Shown: in pieces, positions 37,931-51,115 of the stretch
How the letters are laid out: every line of letters begins with the position of its first letter
How positions within the stretch are numbered: position 1 is the stretch's first letter
Assembly (NCBI GenBank): GCA_050084985.1
Contig: JBITNC010000001.1
Location: 15,686,001 to 15,750,000 of the forward strand
DNA length: 64,000 bases
Direction of reading: 5' to 3'
DNA from: Nageia nagi
Lineage: Eukaryota > Plantae > Pinophyta
Program-made: the position numbers and the translations under genes
Notes under the pieces: model-generated
Seen by the model: only the letters and a program-made list of their open reading frames with translations
Databases searched by the model: none
What the model was told of the DNA's origin: nothing

Positions 37931-39159
37931 AGGAGCACAGGGAAAATGGATGAAACAAACTTCATGTCCTTTTTGAAGAAGTATGTTTTCTTCATCTCCT
38001 TATCTCTTTGGATCTCTCCTTCAGCATGTGATGATCCAAACAGGATCTCCAACAAATATCAACAAATTCAATTACAATCAATCAAACTAGGGCATCTAAT
38101 TGACAGTACACAAACCCTAATATGCCAACGTTGGATTCCCACATGCATATAAACACCTCACAATGCCAATGATGGACCAAAAACACAATATACAACATAA
38201 TAATACTCAATGCATGCACATAATGAACAGTATGAACACAACGTTGAGATCCAAATGAGCCCACGGATTGTATTATGATCAACAATGAAGTACAATACAA
38301 AATATGCCCAAAGGGTTGATGTCAGCCTCCTGGGAGCTGCACAATGACTCTCATGAAACTGCTGGACGAACTATGGGACAAGAGCGCCTCCTCACAATAT
38401 GACTCCTCCCCATTGAAATGGGCCCTCCTGAGATCTGGATAACCACTTGTGTGGTAGAGACTCCGCCTCGGATCCACCAGATGGGCAATGGTGCTCCATA
38501 AATTGCTATAGATTGTCAGGTTCCCTGTGCCTGTCAACCCTTTTAGGTGCTCCACCTAAGGAATATCCTTAGTGCTCCACTGAGGTTGTGTCCATCAAAC
38601 AATGTATGAGTGTAAGAGTAATAATAATCAATTGGTAATTATCAATGAGGCCCTTATGTCTATTTATACTTTACATCATGTTCAATTCTCACCTCGAAAT
38701 CATCCCAAATCCATCTAATCCAACGTTGGGGTCAAAGAGGTCAACCATGCCAACGTGGGGGTCATAATGGCCTAGTGTGCCAACGTGGGGGTCATGAAGG
38801 CCCATTAAGCTTACGTGCGGGTCCTGGAGTGCCCAAGTGCCAACGTGGGGGTGTGGGGCCCTCCCTAATGTTGTGCAAGCATGCTAGTGTCTATCCAATC
38901 CATAATTGCATCAATACACCTTGGGATTCCCACAATTCGGGATCTCCAACACAATATAAACCTATCTTGCTACTCAAGAGGGAGACATCCCATTTGGGGC
39001 TCACAGTGGGATCCACAGGACCCATAAAACTCCTATAATGAGTTTACAACAATAAACTATAAAGCACATGAAATACATATAATACAAGGTGACCCAACGG
39101 GTCCCATTATAGATTCAAGGGGATGTCACAAAGCCTCCCCTCCTAAGATTGCTTGCCCT

Positions 39160-42034
39160 CAAGCAACTCAATGATGGATGTGCAAGTATGGCCTCTCCTT
39201 CCCACCTTGAGTATTCTACCGATAGATCCTTCTATTTGATGAGGTACTCTCGAATCTGCTTGGAGCTCAACTCCTTGAATTTGGTCTCCAACACTCTCTC
39301 TGGAATCAGAACTAACCGTCCCTCATCATCAAGTGGGGGCAGAATCATGGATGAAGCGTCCTGTTGTCCCAAGGCCTTCTTCAAGAGTGAAATGTGGGAG
39401 GTGTTATGTATCTTGCTCCCCTCGGGTAGTTCTAACTCGTAAGCCACCTCTCCCACCTTGTGCAAGACCTTATAGGAATCGAAGAATTTGGGGTGCAACT
39501 TCTCTGCCTTTCATTTCTTGAGTGACGATTGTTTGAATGACTGCAATCGTAAGTACACCATTTCTCCCACCTCGAAACAATTCTCGGTCCTATACTGATC
39601 ATAGTATTTCTTCTGATGATTTTGAGCTATTTGCAAATTCTCCTTCAGTACCCTCATGATGTCTTGATCCTCCTGCAAGAAATTGTTAGCCATGGGTGCT
39701 CTTCCTTCATAAAAAATCATAGCTATAAAGTTAGGAGGATCATAACCATATAAAGCATGGAAAGGAGACATCTTAATGGACATATGATAAGTGGTATTGT
39801 AGCAATACTCCCCAACGTGGAGCCACCTGACCCATGTCAGCTGCTACCCTGTCACATAGTGTCTTAGGTATCCTTCTACCCACTTATTGACGATCTCAGT
39901 CTACCCATCTGTTTGCGGGTGGTAATTGGTGCTAGGAGTGAGGTCTTTTCCACTCAATCGAAACAACTCCTGCCAGAACACACTCATGAATTTACTATCC
40001 CGATCACTTACTATTCTCTTCGGTAACCCATGCAACTTGAAGATCTCCCTGAAGAATAGATCAGCTATCTGTGCAACCGTATGAGTGGTGGTGACAACAA
40101 GAAAATGGGCAAATTTGGTGAGCCTATCCACCACGACTAGAATGCTATCCTTTCCTTGGGCTTTAGGCAAACCTGTGATGAAGTCCATGGAGATGTTTTC
40201 CCATTTCTGATGGGGAATGGGCAACGGATGAAGTAGTCCTCCTAGCTTCGTGTGTTCCTCCTTCTCTTGACATTGTGTACACTCCCGAACATTCCTCAAG
40301 ACGTCTTGCTTGAGTCCCTCTCTTTTACAGCCTGATAAGTCTTTGTGATGCCCGGGTGCCCCACGACAGTGGTGTTGTGGAGTATATGCAACACCTTCTT
40401 CCTTACCTTAGACATGGGTGTTAAGTAGATTCGGCTTCTCTTTAGGATCAACCCCTCCTTAACTAAATACCTCCTATTCTTCACTGACCACTAAGGATTC
40501 CAGAAGCAAACTCATCTTGAGCATACTCATCCATGACGTCCTTCTTCCATTCACTAGCAATGGAGGAGAGGGAGTAGAAAGAGGGATTCCTGGATAGTGC
40601 GTTGGCTGTTGTATTCTTCTTTCCTTTGACATATTGGATCTCAAAATCAAACGATTGGAGTTTGCTCACCCATCCTTGCTGCTTCTCATTCAATTCTACC
40701 TGGCTGAGGAAATACTTCAGACTGTTGTGGTCACTTCGAATGATGAAGGGCCCACAAACCAAGTATTGCCTGAACTTCTCCAACGCATGCATAATAGCCA
40801 ACATCTCCTTGTCATACACACTGAACTTTTGCTCTACGTTAGAAAACTTCCTACTCTCAAATGCAATCGGCTGCCCATTCTGCATCAACACAACTCCTAT
40901 GCCCAACTTGGAAGCATCACACTCCATCGTGAAGGGGGCTGAGAAATTTGGTATGGCCAAACAGGGGCAAGTGCACATGAATGCCTTGAGTCTCTCGAAG
41001 ACCTCCTAAGCCTCACTACTCCAAATGAATGCATTCTTCTTGGTGAGCTGCGTGAGGGGGGCAGCTAAGCGGGAGAAGCCATTGATGAATCATCGGTAGT
41101 AGTTGCATAACCTTAAGAACCCTCTCAGCTGCGTGAGGGACATGGGGGCTGGCCATTCTTGAATGGTTGATATCTTCTGCTCATCCACTCACACCTCCTC
41201 ATGGCTGATGATGTGCCATAGGTACAATATCTCCATCATACCAAACTCACGTTTCAATAGTTTGGCGTAGAACGTCTGCTTCTGTAGTATCCTTAGGACA
41301 TGATCCAAGTGCTTGAGATGCTCCTCCCAAGTCCGGCTATAGATCTAAATATCATCGAAGAATACCAACACAAACTTCTATAATTGATCCCTGAAAACTT
41401 GATTCATGGTCGACTAGAATGTAGCTGGTGCGTTGGCCAATCCAAATGGCATCACCAAGAATTCAAAATGACCATAATGACACCAAAATGCCGTCTTGTG
41501 GACGTCCTCCTCCTTCATCCAGATTTGATGATACTCGAACCTCATATCGATCTTGGAAAAGTACTTCGCTCCGTGCAACTTGTCAATGAGGTTGTCCACC
41601 CTTGAGATCAGGTATTTGTTCTTGATTTTCTTCTTATTAAGTAGCCTGTAATCGATGCACATCCTAATTGTCCCATCCTTCTTCTTTACCAACACTACTA
41701 AAGAGAAAATGGGTTGAAACTAGGCCGAATGAATCCGATGTCAAGCATTTCCTTGATTGCTTTCTCGATCTCATCCTTGTATACTTTAGGATGTCTGTAA
41801 CGTGTGACCATGACTGGTTTGGCCCCAGTCTCCAACTCTACTACATTCTCAAACCCTAGGGATGGTGGTAGACCCTTAGGTATGTTTCCAAAAATGTCCA
41901 GATACTAATCCAAGATGCCTTGGATCTCAGACGGATGTTGCTTGGCCTCCCTAGTGTCCAACGTGGGGCCTCCTTTGGCCAAGGTGAAGATGCATGCCCA
42001 CTCAACGTCTTTCTTCCAGATGGTGGCATCCATA
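39160..42034 (-). pseudogene. Gypsy pol: RT, RNase H, integrase, chromodomain (frameshifted)
   Basis: LVKKKDG..RMCIDYR, MPFGL, FFDDI; CDAS..IAFESR..YDKEML; WENISMDFITGLP..VSDRD..HPQTDG; C-terminal PERVL..EYLIK..WE chromodomain-like segment. Confidence 0.92.
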
Positions 42035-42039
42035 GTCCT

Positions 42040-42990
42040 TGTAATTTCCCAAAAATGAAATTACAGAACTACAAGTATAGAAAAAAATACAGAACTGAAA
42101 TATTACTCAAAAGACACCCAAAAATGAGTAATAACCAGCCAAGAGAATATATTAAAATATTGCAAGACAATACATGCCTGGAATAACCAAGGGCATCCAA
42201 AAAATAACATCAAAATGCAGATATAACACCCCCAAAATGCCACAATGGACACTAGGGCTGGAATTAGAGCAAATAACCCTCAAAAATGTGCCAACCAAGA
42301 CCCCAAACATGGAGCGTGAGCCTTGGGGAGGCTGAGTGTCACATCTAAACTGCAAAATTTACTACAAAACTAAAGGTAGAAGCTACCACCAATGCCACGA
42401 ATCTCCTTGGGACTATTTTTGTATTTTTGTGTTTTTAGGGCAATCACATCTTCAATGAAATTGCCAAAGATCCCAACCATGCACCTTCAATGCACTTTGG
42501 GCTGAGCAAGACCTTCAATTTTCACTCGAGGAAACTCAAGGGTTTCAGATTTCGATTTCAATAATATCAATAACATGCCCAAAATGGAGTGTTGCATCTC
42601 CTTCTATAGACTTCAACCCTAATTCTTGCATTGACCCCTCTAAGCTAAATAAAACACTGATTGGCTTTATTACAAATAAAAGTACTTAAAATAACTTTAG
42701 AATAACATAAAAGCTTATAATAATCCAACATTGCACTTTTAATTAGAAATCCGCTAAGTTAAGTGGATTTTCATGTGTGGGCGTGATATGGAAACTGGTC
42801 CCACTAGCGAACTTCAAGTAGCCATAACTCCTTCGATTCTTGTCCAAAAAGGGTCATGTGGCCACTTAAAACAAATGCCACGAGATGCTCTATCCAATTT
42901 TGAAGGTGCAACGACCATATCTGACTTGTAGAAGAAGAGATTTGTAGAAAATCCCAAATACAAGATATTCTCAAAAATAGGTTCCTTACA
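42040..42990 (-). mobile_element. Solo LTR (951 bp, family C-like) nested in the gypsy element
   Basis: TGTAATTTCCC...GGTTCCTTACA termini; TSD GTCCT/ATCCT (4/5). Confidence 0.78.
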
Positions 42991-45900
42991 ATCCTTGTTG
43001 ATACTACCTCCGTGATGGCCTCTAATTTGTGACTCGTAGCATTGAATTAGAGCTATCTTCCGTTTGGCCCTCTTCTTCCGATCTAGAGCAGTCTCCTCAC
43101 CATAATCCCCTCTTGGCTCAAACGTTGGGGTTGGAACTGGCTCAAACCCTCCAACATTGGTCTTCTACCAAGCACTCGTTCCATACCCTAGCAGATCCTG
43201 GTACACGTGGAAAGTGACATCTCTTTAAAATTCCTGGGTAGTTCCATGGTAGATCTGGAGCAAGATCTTGATCCTCGGTGGCGTTTTATGCAGTGGCTTA
43301 GATCTGGGTTGCCATGACTCTCCTCTCTTCTTGCTCATCCTTTCTGCATGCCGTTCCCCAAGGTACCAGATGAGCTTCTCTCTTTCCTCCGTTGGGATCT
43401 TCTCTTAAACCTCTGAAGCAATTGACGGAAAACCTTCGGCCCATATTCAGACTTCTTTACTGTGAGTGTCGATCTGACCTCCATTCCCTTAGGTGGCAAG
43501 ATCTTTGGCTCTGATACCACTTGTGATGATCCACACAGGATCTTTAACAAATATCAACAAATTCAATTACAATCAATCAAACTAGGGCATCTAATTGACA
43601 GTACACAAACCCTAATATGCTAATGTTGGATTCCCACATGCATATAAACACCTCACAATGCCAACGATGGGCCATAAACACAATATAAAACAAAATAATG
43701 CTCAACGCATGCACATAATGAACAGTATGAACACAACGTTGAGATCCAAATGAGCCCACGGCTTGTATTATGATCAACAATGAAGTACAATACAAAATAT
43801 GCCCAAAGGGTTGACGTCAACCTCCTGGGAGCTGAACTGGCCGAATGACTCTCCTGAAACTGTTGGACGAACTATGGGACAACAGCACCTCCTCACAATT
43901 TGACTCCTCCCCATTGAAGTGGCCTTCCTCAAATCTGGATAACCACTCGCATGGTAGAGACTCTACCTCGAATCCATCAGATGGGCAATGGTGCTCCAAC
44001 AATTGCCGTAGATTGTTAGGTTCCCTATGCTTGCCAACCTTCTTAGGTGCTCCACCTAGGGAATATACTTAGCGTTTCACTAAGGTTGTGTCCACCGAAC
44101 AATCTATGAGTGTAAGAGTAATAATAATCAATTGGTAATTATCAATGAGGCCCTTATGTCTATTTATACTTTACATCATGTTCGGTTCTCACCTTAGAAT
44201 CATCCCAGACCCATCTTATCCAACATTGGGGTCAAAGAGGTCAACCATGCCAATGTGGGGGTCATTATGGCCCAGTGTGCCAACGTGGGGTCATGAAGGC
44301 CTATCAAGCTGATGTGGGGGTCATAATGGCTCATTAGGCTGATGTGGGGTCCTGGAGTGCTCAAGTGCTAATGTGGGGGTGTGGGGCCCTCCCCAATGTT
44401 GCGCAAGCATGCTAGTGTCTGTCCAATCCATAAATGCATCACTACACCTTGGGAGTCCTACAATTCAGGATCTCCAACACAATATGAACCTACCCTACTA
44501 CTCAGGAGCTACCACTTGGAGCTCATAGTGGGGTCCATAAGACCCATAAAACTCTTATCCTGAGTTTACAACAATAAACTACAAAGCACATGAAATAGAT
44601 ATAATACAAGGTGACCCAAAGGGTCCCATTGCAGATTCAAGGGGGACGTCACACAGCATTAATGTTTTTATTAGTTGTGTTAGCTAACTGTTCCTGCAAA
44701 ACCAGACTAGTCTTAGAGTAGACTTTGAGAGTCTATTCTTTCTTATTATCCTCCACAGCTTTGTTCAAACTAGTCTCCTTCACCTTCCAAGCAGCCTTAT
44801 CCTTTCTTTCTTGCACATCGTTGCCTTTCGAGGTATCCCTGTTATATCAGCAGTTTCTGTCCAAGACCTGTTTTACCACATCTCCTACAACCAAAAGGAT
44901 TATCTTCGTAAGTCAGCTTCCATGTCAAGGTTCCTTTGCTTGAGGCTAGTTTGATAGATCTTGCTAGAGATTTATCTTTTTTCAACCAGCACACAAAGTT
45001 TAGCAAAGAACAACTTCTTCCTCTCCTTAGTTGCATCATCCAGTGACAAGAACCTTCCTATACTGTTACTTATAGTTTCAAAAATTTCGTTTTCCCAGAA
45101 TTCCAAAGGTAACACTGGAAGTTTAACCCAATTGGGAGCGACCTCTATATTTTCAGCCTCTGGGTTGAAGCTTGAAACCAGGTGCATATTTTTTCAGAAA
45201 ATGTCCAAAACGGCCCATGAACCATGGGCCTCCTACAAAGACACCATCCCCGTGAAAGCCTTTGGAAAGAGCTGAGAAATCCACATGCCCCTTAACCATC
45301 CACTTGTGGCTAGCCCATTATTTAATCTGCTCAAGGGACAGTCTTGAACCAATAAATATTTTCAATCAGGCTATTGCCCATTTGACTTTGGACCCTATCT
45401 CAAATCTTGTTAGGATTTTTAAGAACAAATCCCTTTTCCATCAGTTTTTGTGGGGATGAAAATCTTTTTCTCCCTTCCCACCAGTTTGGATGTATTTCTA
45501 CCCTTCACTTGATCTGTCCTTCTATACACAATGTAATAAAATAAGAAGTCAATGTCTCTTGAGGTTCAAGCAAGCCAAGAGTCATGTGGGAGTTAACAAA
45601 AAATGCCATAAGAATTCAACTGGCATTTGAAACTGAAGGGTAATACTTAAAATGTAATATATTGTACATTTGTTACTTCTATTTTTGTGTGGTGTTGCTG
45701 TGTATATACTAGGACTGTATATACTGATTTGAGAGCAATACAAGACTGCATTGAAGTACGAAAATTTGGTCTACTTTCTTATTTTGCTGTGTTAATCTGT
45801 GTGAGGTATGTTCATTTGGTTTTGGTAGTTTGCTGTCATGTTTGTTGCGTCTGCAATTCCTGTTTGAAAGCGATTCACAAAATGAGTAAGTGCAATCTGA

Positions 45901-47005
45901 GTTAACAAAATTAACAATCCACAAAGCAATTAACAACTCAAATAAGGAATAACAGATTTATCAATAAGAATGCAATGTAGATAAATCCTCAAATGCGAAA
46001 CAGCACTTTAAGAGGGTAGGGTCTCCAGATTCGCAGAAGGAAGAAGACTTATTACTAATGTTTGATGATAATTATAGATCACCTGACTAACTTATTTATA
46101 AACAGCTCACTAATAGCACTAACCATAGGCCAGATCAATTAATCTTTTCAGAAGCGGTTTATTCTAGAAATATAATCATGTCGTATTTTTTTCTAATGTT
46201 AATTTCTTTCCTAGTTTACTTCAATTATGAATAGAAAATAGATATAAAAAAGTAAAGAAAGGCTTACAGTTAAGTTTTTTTTAATTGTTTCAATTACAAG
46301 AAGGTGTACAGAATTGTTTTAGTCCAGCTTTTTTCCTCCAGTAATTAGCATTTTCCAGATATATTGGTTAATTTTAAAGTGATTGACGAGTAGAAGAATA
46401 TATTTAGACAAGGACAGAAGAATGAGAGAACATAGTAGTGAATATAGAAGCAGTATGAAGGATGCAATTTCATGGACCAGAGACTCACAGATCAGACCTT
46501 GATTCCAAATATTGAGATAAGTTTAGGGATCCCAACATTTATACTGGATAGTGGAATCCATTTCAGAGTGCAGAACTAGATAGTTATGAAAGACAAGAGT
46601 GCAGGCTGCCATGGAATTTTAGTTAACTTAAAGAAGATAACACTGGACACCTTCATGATATGTTGGAGAAGTTGATAATTGAAAACCATGATAATTGGTT
46701 TGAATGACTGGAAGGATGGTGGCCTTTAAAAAGAGTCACATGCACACTTTTCCATTATTCAAGTAACCGATGAAAGGAACACAGCTTAGAAGATATCAGG
46801 TAAAAAGTTGCCTAATTGTCAGCTTCTATTGCAGTTCAGTGGCATATTAATAGATCCTTAAGGCGGTTTACTGTTATAGTATTGCCTTCTGCATACACAC
46901 TGACTTGACATGATCTGTTTATACCAAATCAAAACTGATAAAGATGAATAAATAGACAATCACAAAGCTAATCTGATGATTTGTACTTTTCTCCAACATT
47001 TAAAC

Positions 47006-47242
47006 TGTTGAAAACCATGGACCAACTATGAATTGAACCCAAGATTTCCTAATTACCAGTGGAAGTACTTTACTGCTGATCTACCTCTCCTTTTTGGGTC
47101 AAGCTTTTTCCCTGAAGTGTGCTTGAGCTCACCTTTGTCTTTGATACCATATTGAAAGTCGAGGATCCCCTGATTACTGGCCAGGTGCGTCACCTTAAAA
47201 CTACCTGCCCTCTCTGAGTTGAGCTTTTTTCCTTAAGTGTCA
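47006..47242 (-). mobile_element. Degenerate TRIM-like mini-retroelement with tRNA-like repeat
   Basis: Two short direct repeats starting TGTTGAAA (47006) and TATTGAAA (47150), separated by PBS-like TGGTATCAAAG (minus, 47139-47149). Pol III A-box-like and B-box-like motifs in the repeat. Confidence 0.55.
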
Positions 47243-47363
47243 ATTGACCTTTCTGTTTGTTTACGCTCTGCATTAGTGGCAATGTTTCTGAAGTTAATCT
47301 AGATGCGCAAAAGTAGTAACATAAATACACATTGTATATATTAATTATTCAAAATCTGTGCAG

Positions 47364-47448
47364 GGTGTATTGCTTGGTCTCTCAAACACAGCAGGAGTAC
47401 TTGCTGGTGTTTTTGGAACAGCAGCAACTGGTTACATACTACAACATG
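47364..47448 (+). CDS. PHT4;4: PHT4 transporter exon GVLLGLSNTAGVLAGVFGTAATGYILQH(G)
   Basis: CAG/GT bounded, phase 0 to 1; follows a 15.9-kb intron. Confidence 0.93.
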
Positions 47449-47611
47449 GTTTGTGCTTGCAAGATGAATAGACAATGTTCTCAATTGATCTTATCTTGAA
47501 TTTCGTACATTATCACTCTTTTCTTATTGAGATAGATGCTGATAAAGTTTCTATATGATGAGATTATTGTAGGCTGAAATTTAGGATTTACCTTGCTTTC
47601 CAATGTTGTAG

Positions 47612-47709
47612 GTTCTTGGGATGATGTATTCAAGGTTGCAGTTGGCCTGTATCTGCTTGGGACCGTAGTATGGAATATGTTTGCAACAGGAGAAAGAGTA
47701 TTTGATTAA
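47612..47709 (+). CDS. PHT4;4: PHT4 transporter last coding exon (G)SWDDVFKVAVGLYLLGTVVWNMFATGERVFD*
   Basis: TAG acceptor, phase 1, TAA at 47707-47709; matches the family C-terminus. Confidence 0.93.
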
Positions 47710-50037
47710 ATTTTATCACATTCTTGATCCAATTTTTACCAGATATGAAGAAAAGTAATAGGCTATCAGCACAGCAATGAAGGGGTTTTCATAGAGCCAG
47801 AAAATAAGAATGCGGAATATTTGAAATTGAATTGGCCAGACAAGTAAGAAGTTGCATGCCAATGCTTATTGCAGTGATTTACCAGTATGTTGTTATTTAT
47901 TGTTAACAGATAACTTATAAGGATGAAATGGTCCCAAAAATGTGGTTAAATATCCAAATAGCTCCCACGAAAATGCAGAAGGGTTTATTTGTATCATGCC
48001 AATATTTGATTGACCCCATGCTTCACTCTGTATTTCGACCAAAGGTACATTGCCGCCTTCATATGTAATAGAATTGAAGTATTTAATGCAATTTTACTCT
48101 GTTAATCTATCTTCCTCTGGTTGAATTCAAAGAGCTAATTGAGCAAGGGTGGTGATTTTGTTTGACATTATCATTTGCATAGATGCAACACTATTTGTAG
48201 CTGTGAGTTTACAACAGAAGTGGACATTTATAGCTTGTGCTCAAGCGTCACCTAACAAGGGTTTAATTTGCAAAGAACAGCTCATTCCAGAGCCATTGGT
48301 TGTGGAGAAAAACTAAGGTTAAATTTCTTAATTCATAGAATTTAGATGCCTTCTTCCAATATCAGGTACATAAATTTTAACTCCAAGTATTTTATTTACA
48401 TTGTAACTTGGTATGTGACTTAGAGTTTAACACTCGATTTCTGCCATGTTAATTTTCTCATGGAAAACATTGAATTCCAGAAAAACTAAAATTGTTTTAT
48501 TGAGAAAAAAATACTGGCTGAAGGGGACAAGGCAAAAGAGAAGTTATAAAACAATGTAATGGTTTTAGGAATGAACCATGGTACGTACTTTCAGTGATTT
48601 GGAGAATTAAATGATTTCTCGCAATAGAATAAAAATGCAATAGAACAAACAATTATCATGCAATCGTTCCAGCTTAATTATGGTTCATTACACATTCCTG
48701 TGTAAAAATAATCTTGTAGTATACTTTCATTGAGGTATTTATAATGTCGGTAATCAGAACGTTAACATTTGACACATGTACCTAAGGTATCATGGTGATC
48801 TGTAAGAAAGCTTTGACGTATATAAAATTTTGGTTTTATTTTGCGTATTAATATACAACTTGACATTTAAGAGGTGTACGTAGAGTTTGGCAAACAACTT
48901 AAAACACAAACAAACAAGAAGGGTACAATTGTTTCTATCTACTATCGAAATCCATGTAGTGAACTAACAATTATGCTAGATTCAAATAAATAGAATACTA
49001 AATAAATATCCTATAAATGTTTAAGGTAGAATAAGATGCAAATGAAATATCGTTTTTTGGGCTCAATGGACCTTTTTGTGTCCCATGTTCAACTACAAGG
49101 TCTCTTACTTCTGGATGATCTACAAAGATGGAGGATGAGTTGATATAATAGAAATGTGACTGATATGAAATTCCAAACGTGTTAGATCATACGGGTCTGT
49201 TATATGATTGACAAACATGTTAAGGTGGTTTAAGTTGTTTGGAACCTATAACGAATTCATTCACATGGATTTGTTGAATTGATAGGACCATCTGTATGGA
49301 TGCCCAGTGTGCTTCATTCGAGATAGCAGACCTTGGATCTAGCGTCTTATGATATGATCATTTGGTTCCTTTCTTTAATAAAATGGTAAGATTCGGACCT
49401 GAATTGTATGAATCAAAAGATCAAAAGATTTGAATCCCTTGACTTGCTGGAATCAATATTTAAAACCCTACAATAAAGAAGTCAAAAGGATGTTAGCACT
49501 TTGAATAGCAAATCTATAATTAAGAGTTTGATCTGTAAACTTTGTAACGTATTCTATTCAAAAGTTCATCATTTACAGATATTCTCATAAAAATTTCAAC
49601 ACTCAATTTCTCAAGAAATGGGTTGATGGCAGTCTAAAATGGACCGATGGTGGTACTCTTATGAGAGAGTTTGATGATGAAATTTAAAATGCAATTGTGA
49701 AAATTGATAGAAAACACAAAATAATATTAAAATCAACATTCACACAATATAACACAGTCAAATTTATATTGGTTCCTCTCAATGTGGAAGTACATATGGA
49801 ATACACTGCCAGAACAGCAAACACTTTTCCAACCTGCAATCTCCTTGAATCAAATACGAATCTTCAATTGTCAAGTCTATGCTTCAACGATAACATAGAA
49901 TTGTTAAAACTACTCCCAACAACTTGTAATAATCTCGGAATGAATGCTTTTAGAACAAAATGGAAGAAGAAAATGCTTCAGCTCCCAAAAGTACCTGACT
50001 TTTCAAACTCCAAGAAAACTACCACAAGAAATGGATA

Positions 50038-50113
50038 GTTGGTGGTCCTCATGTGCTTAGAAATGAACCGTTGGCGGTCCTCATGTGCCTAGAAATGAAC
50101 TGTTTACGGTCCT
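50038..50113. repeat. 32-bp tandem repeat (2.4 copies) within LTR-like DNA
   Basis: GTTGGYGGTCCTCATGTGCYTAGAAATGAACY x2 plus a partial copy. Confidence 0.8.
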
Positions 50114-50589
50114 CTTTTTGCACAGTTAGCTCACCAATTTTTGCAAACATGTCTAATTCCACACATGGAAACCAATGATGATAATTTCCACTCTTGAAAT
50201 TATACTCCGAAAATGACCTTTTTTGGATCAGAGTTAGATGATTTTTAATAGGAAAATGATTTTAAGTGTTGTATTTATGATCTGAAATTTATTTCGAAGT
50301 TGTAAAAATAAAAGTTTTCATATGTGTGATAATCTTTTCAAGGTGAAAAACGCTCCATATGCTCCACAACACTTTCGACGATATCGAAATCCGACAACAA
50401 GAATACAATTTATAAAGGTTATTATCTCTTGATAAATCAAATGCCAATGTAAATAAACAAATGCTAAACTTAAACCAAGCGACCCATTTTAAGTTAGGTC
50501 AAAAGGCTAGCGTAGGTGGCAAACATTGGAGGAAACATATTGGTGGAAGTGCCAATCAAACTCTCATTTAAATGCAATTGACCATGTTC

Positions 50590-51115
50590 TAAACCGTCAA
50601 TAGCCAGACGACCATGGGAAGCACTTGGGAAACCATAACCGTACACATATGGAGGTGTTCACAAAGTCACAATCAAAGGGAGTATTAATGACGTGGAGAA
50701 TCCTTCGTTTGGAAGCTAACGTGGACTGCGAAGTGGCATGCGTGGTGGGTGTCGACAAGAGTTTAGAAGCCATCGACCACTCTTCGTTGAGATAAGTCAT
50801 CGTTTCAAAAGATTGCCAACATGGAGGTCAAAATTGCATGACATAAGGGAATAACATCACGACCCAATGCGAGTTGCCAGCAGTCTGTTCACTAGCCGCG
50901 TACGAGGAGCCAAAGAAGGGAGCACTTTTTGACGTAATCTGTAGCCGTTGAAGCATTCGCCCGACCGCCTAACAAGAAGCCTGATCGCGAGCATTGAAAC
51001 TGCCAACGTGACAGTGCAATTGTTATTGGAATTCATTGTCAGTTAAATACAACGTCGACAGTTTAAAGGTGGTCAAACAGTCGAAGCCTCCACGCCAAGT
51101 AATCAATCCGCTTAC
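50590..51115. promoter_or_regulatory. CpG-rich island with ACGT/CGCG motifs; putative unmethylated regulatory region
   Basis: About 30 CpG in ~520 bp against a strongly depleted background; TGACGTGG 50689, CCGCGT 50896, TGACGTAA 50930. Confidence 0.4.

Larger units (their letters stand above)
38027..44653 (-). mobile_element. Decayed Ty3/gypsy chromovirus (family B), internally deleted
   Basis: LTRs 38027-39130 and 43522-44653 (roughly 90% identical by eye); TSD CAGCA; PBS TGGTATCAGAGCC at 43507-43519; PPT at 39131-39147. Confidence 0.95.
36500..45480 (-). mobile_element. LINE (L1-clade) ORF1 remnant, split by 36916-37930 and 38027-44653
   Basis: 44972-45187 FNPE..APNWVKLPVLPLEFWENEIFETISNSIGRFLSLD (DUF4283-type plant LINE ORF1), followed by a degenerate knuckle YEDNPFGCRRCGKTG. 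Assignment of the 36500-36915 part is weaker. Confidence 0.7.

Noticed and set aside
38082-43795. Near-identical 72-aa ORFs at 38082-38300 and 43577-43795
   Set aside because: Explained by LTR duplication; no evidence of coding.
48876-50400. LTR-like stretches downstream of the gene
   Set aside because: No matching termini plus TSD could be established, so they were not called.
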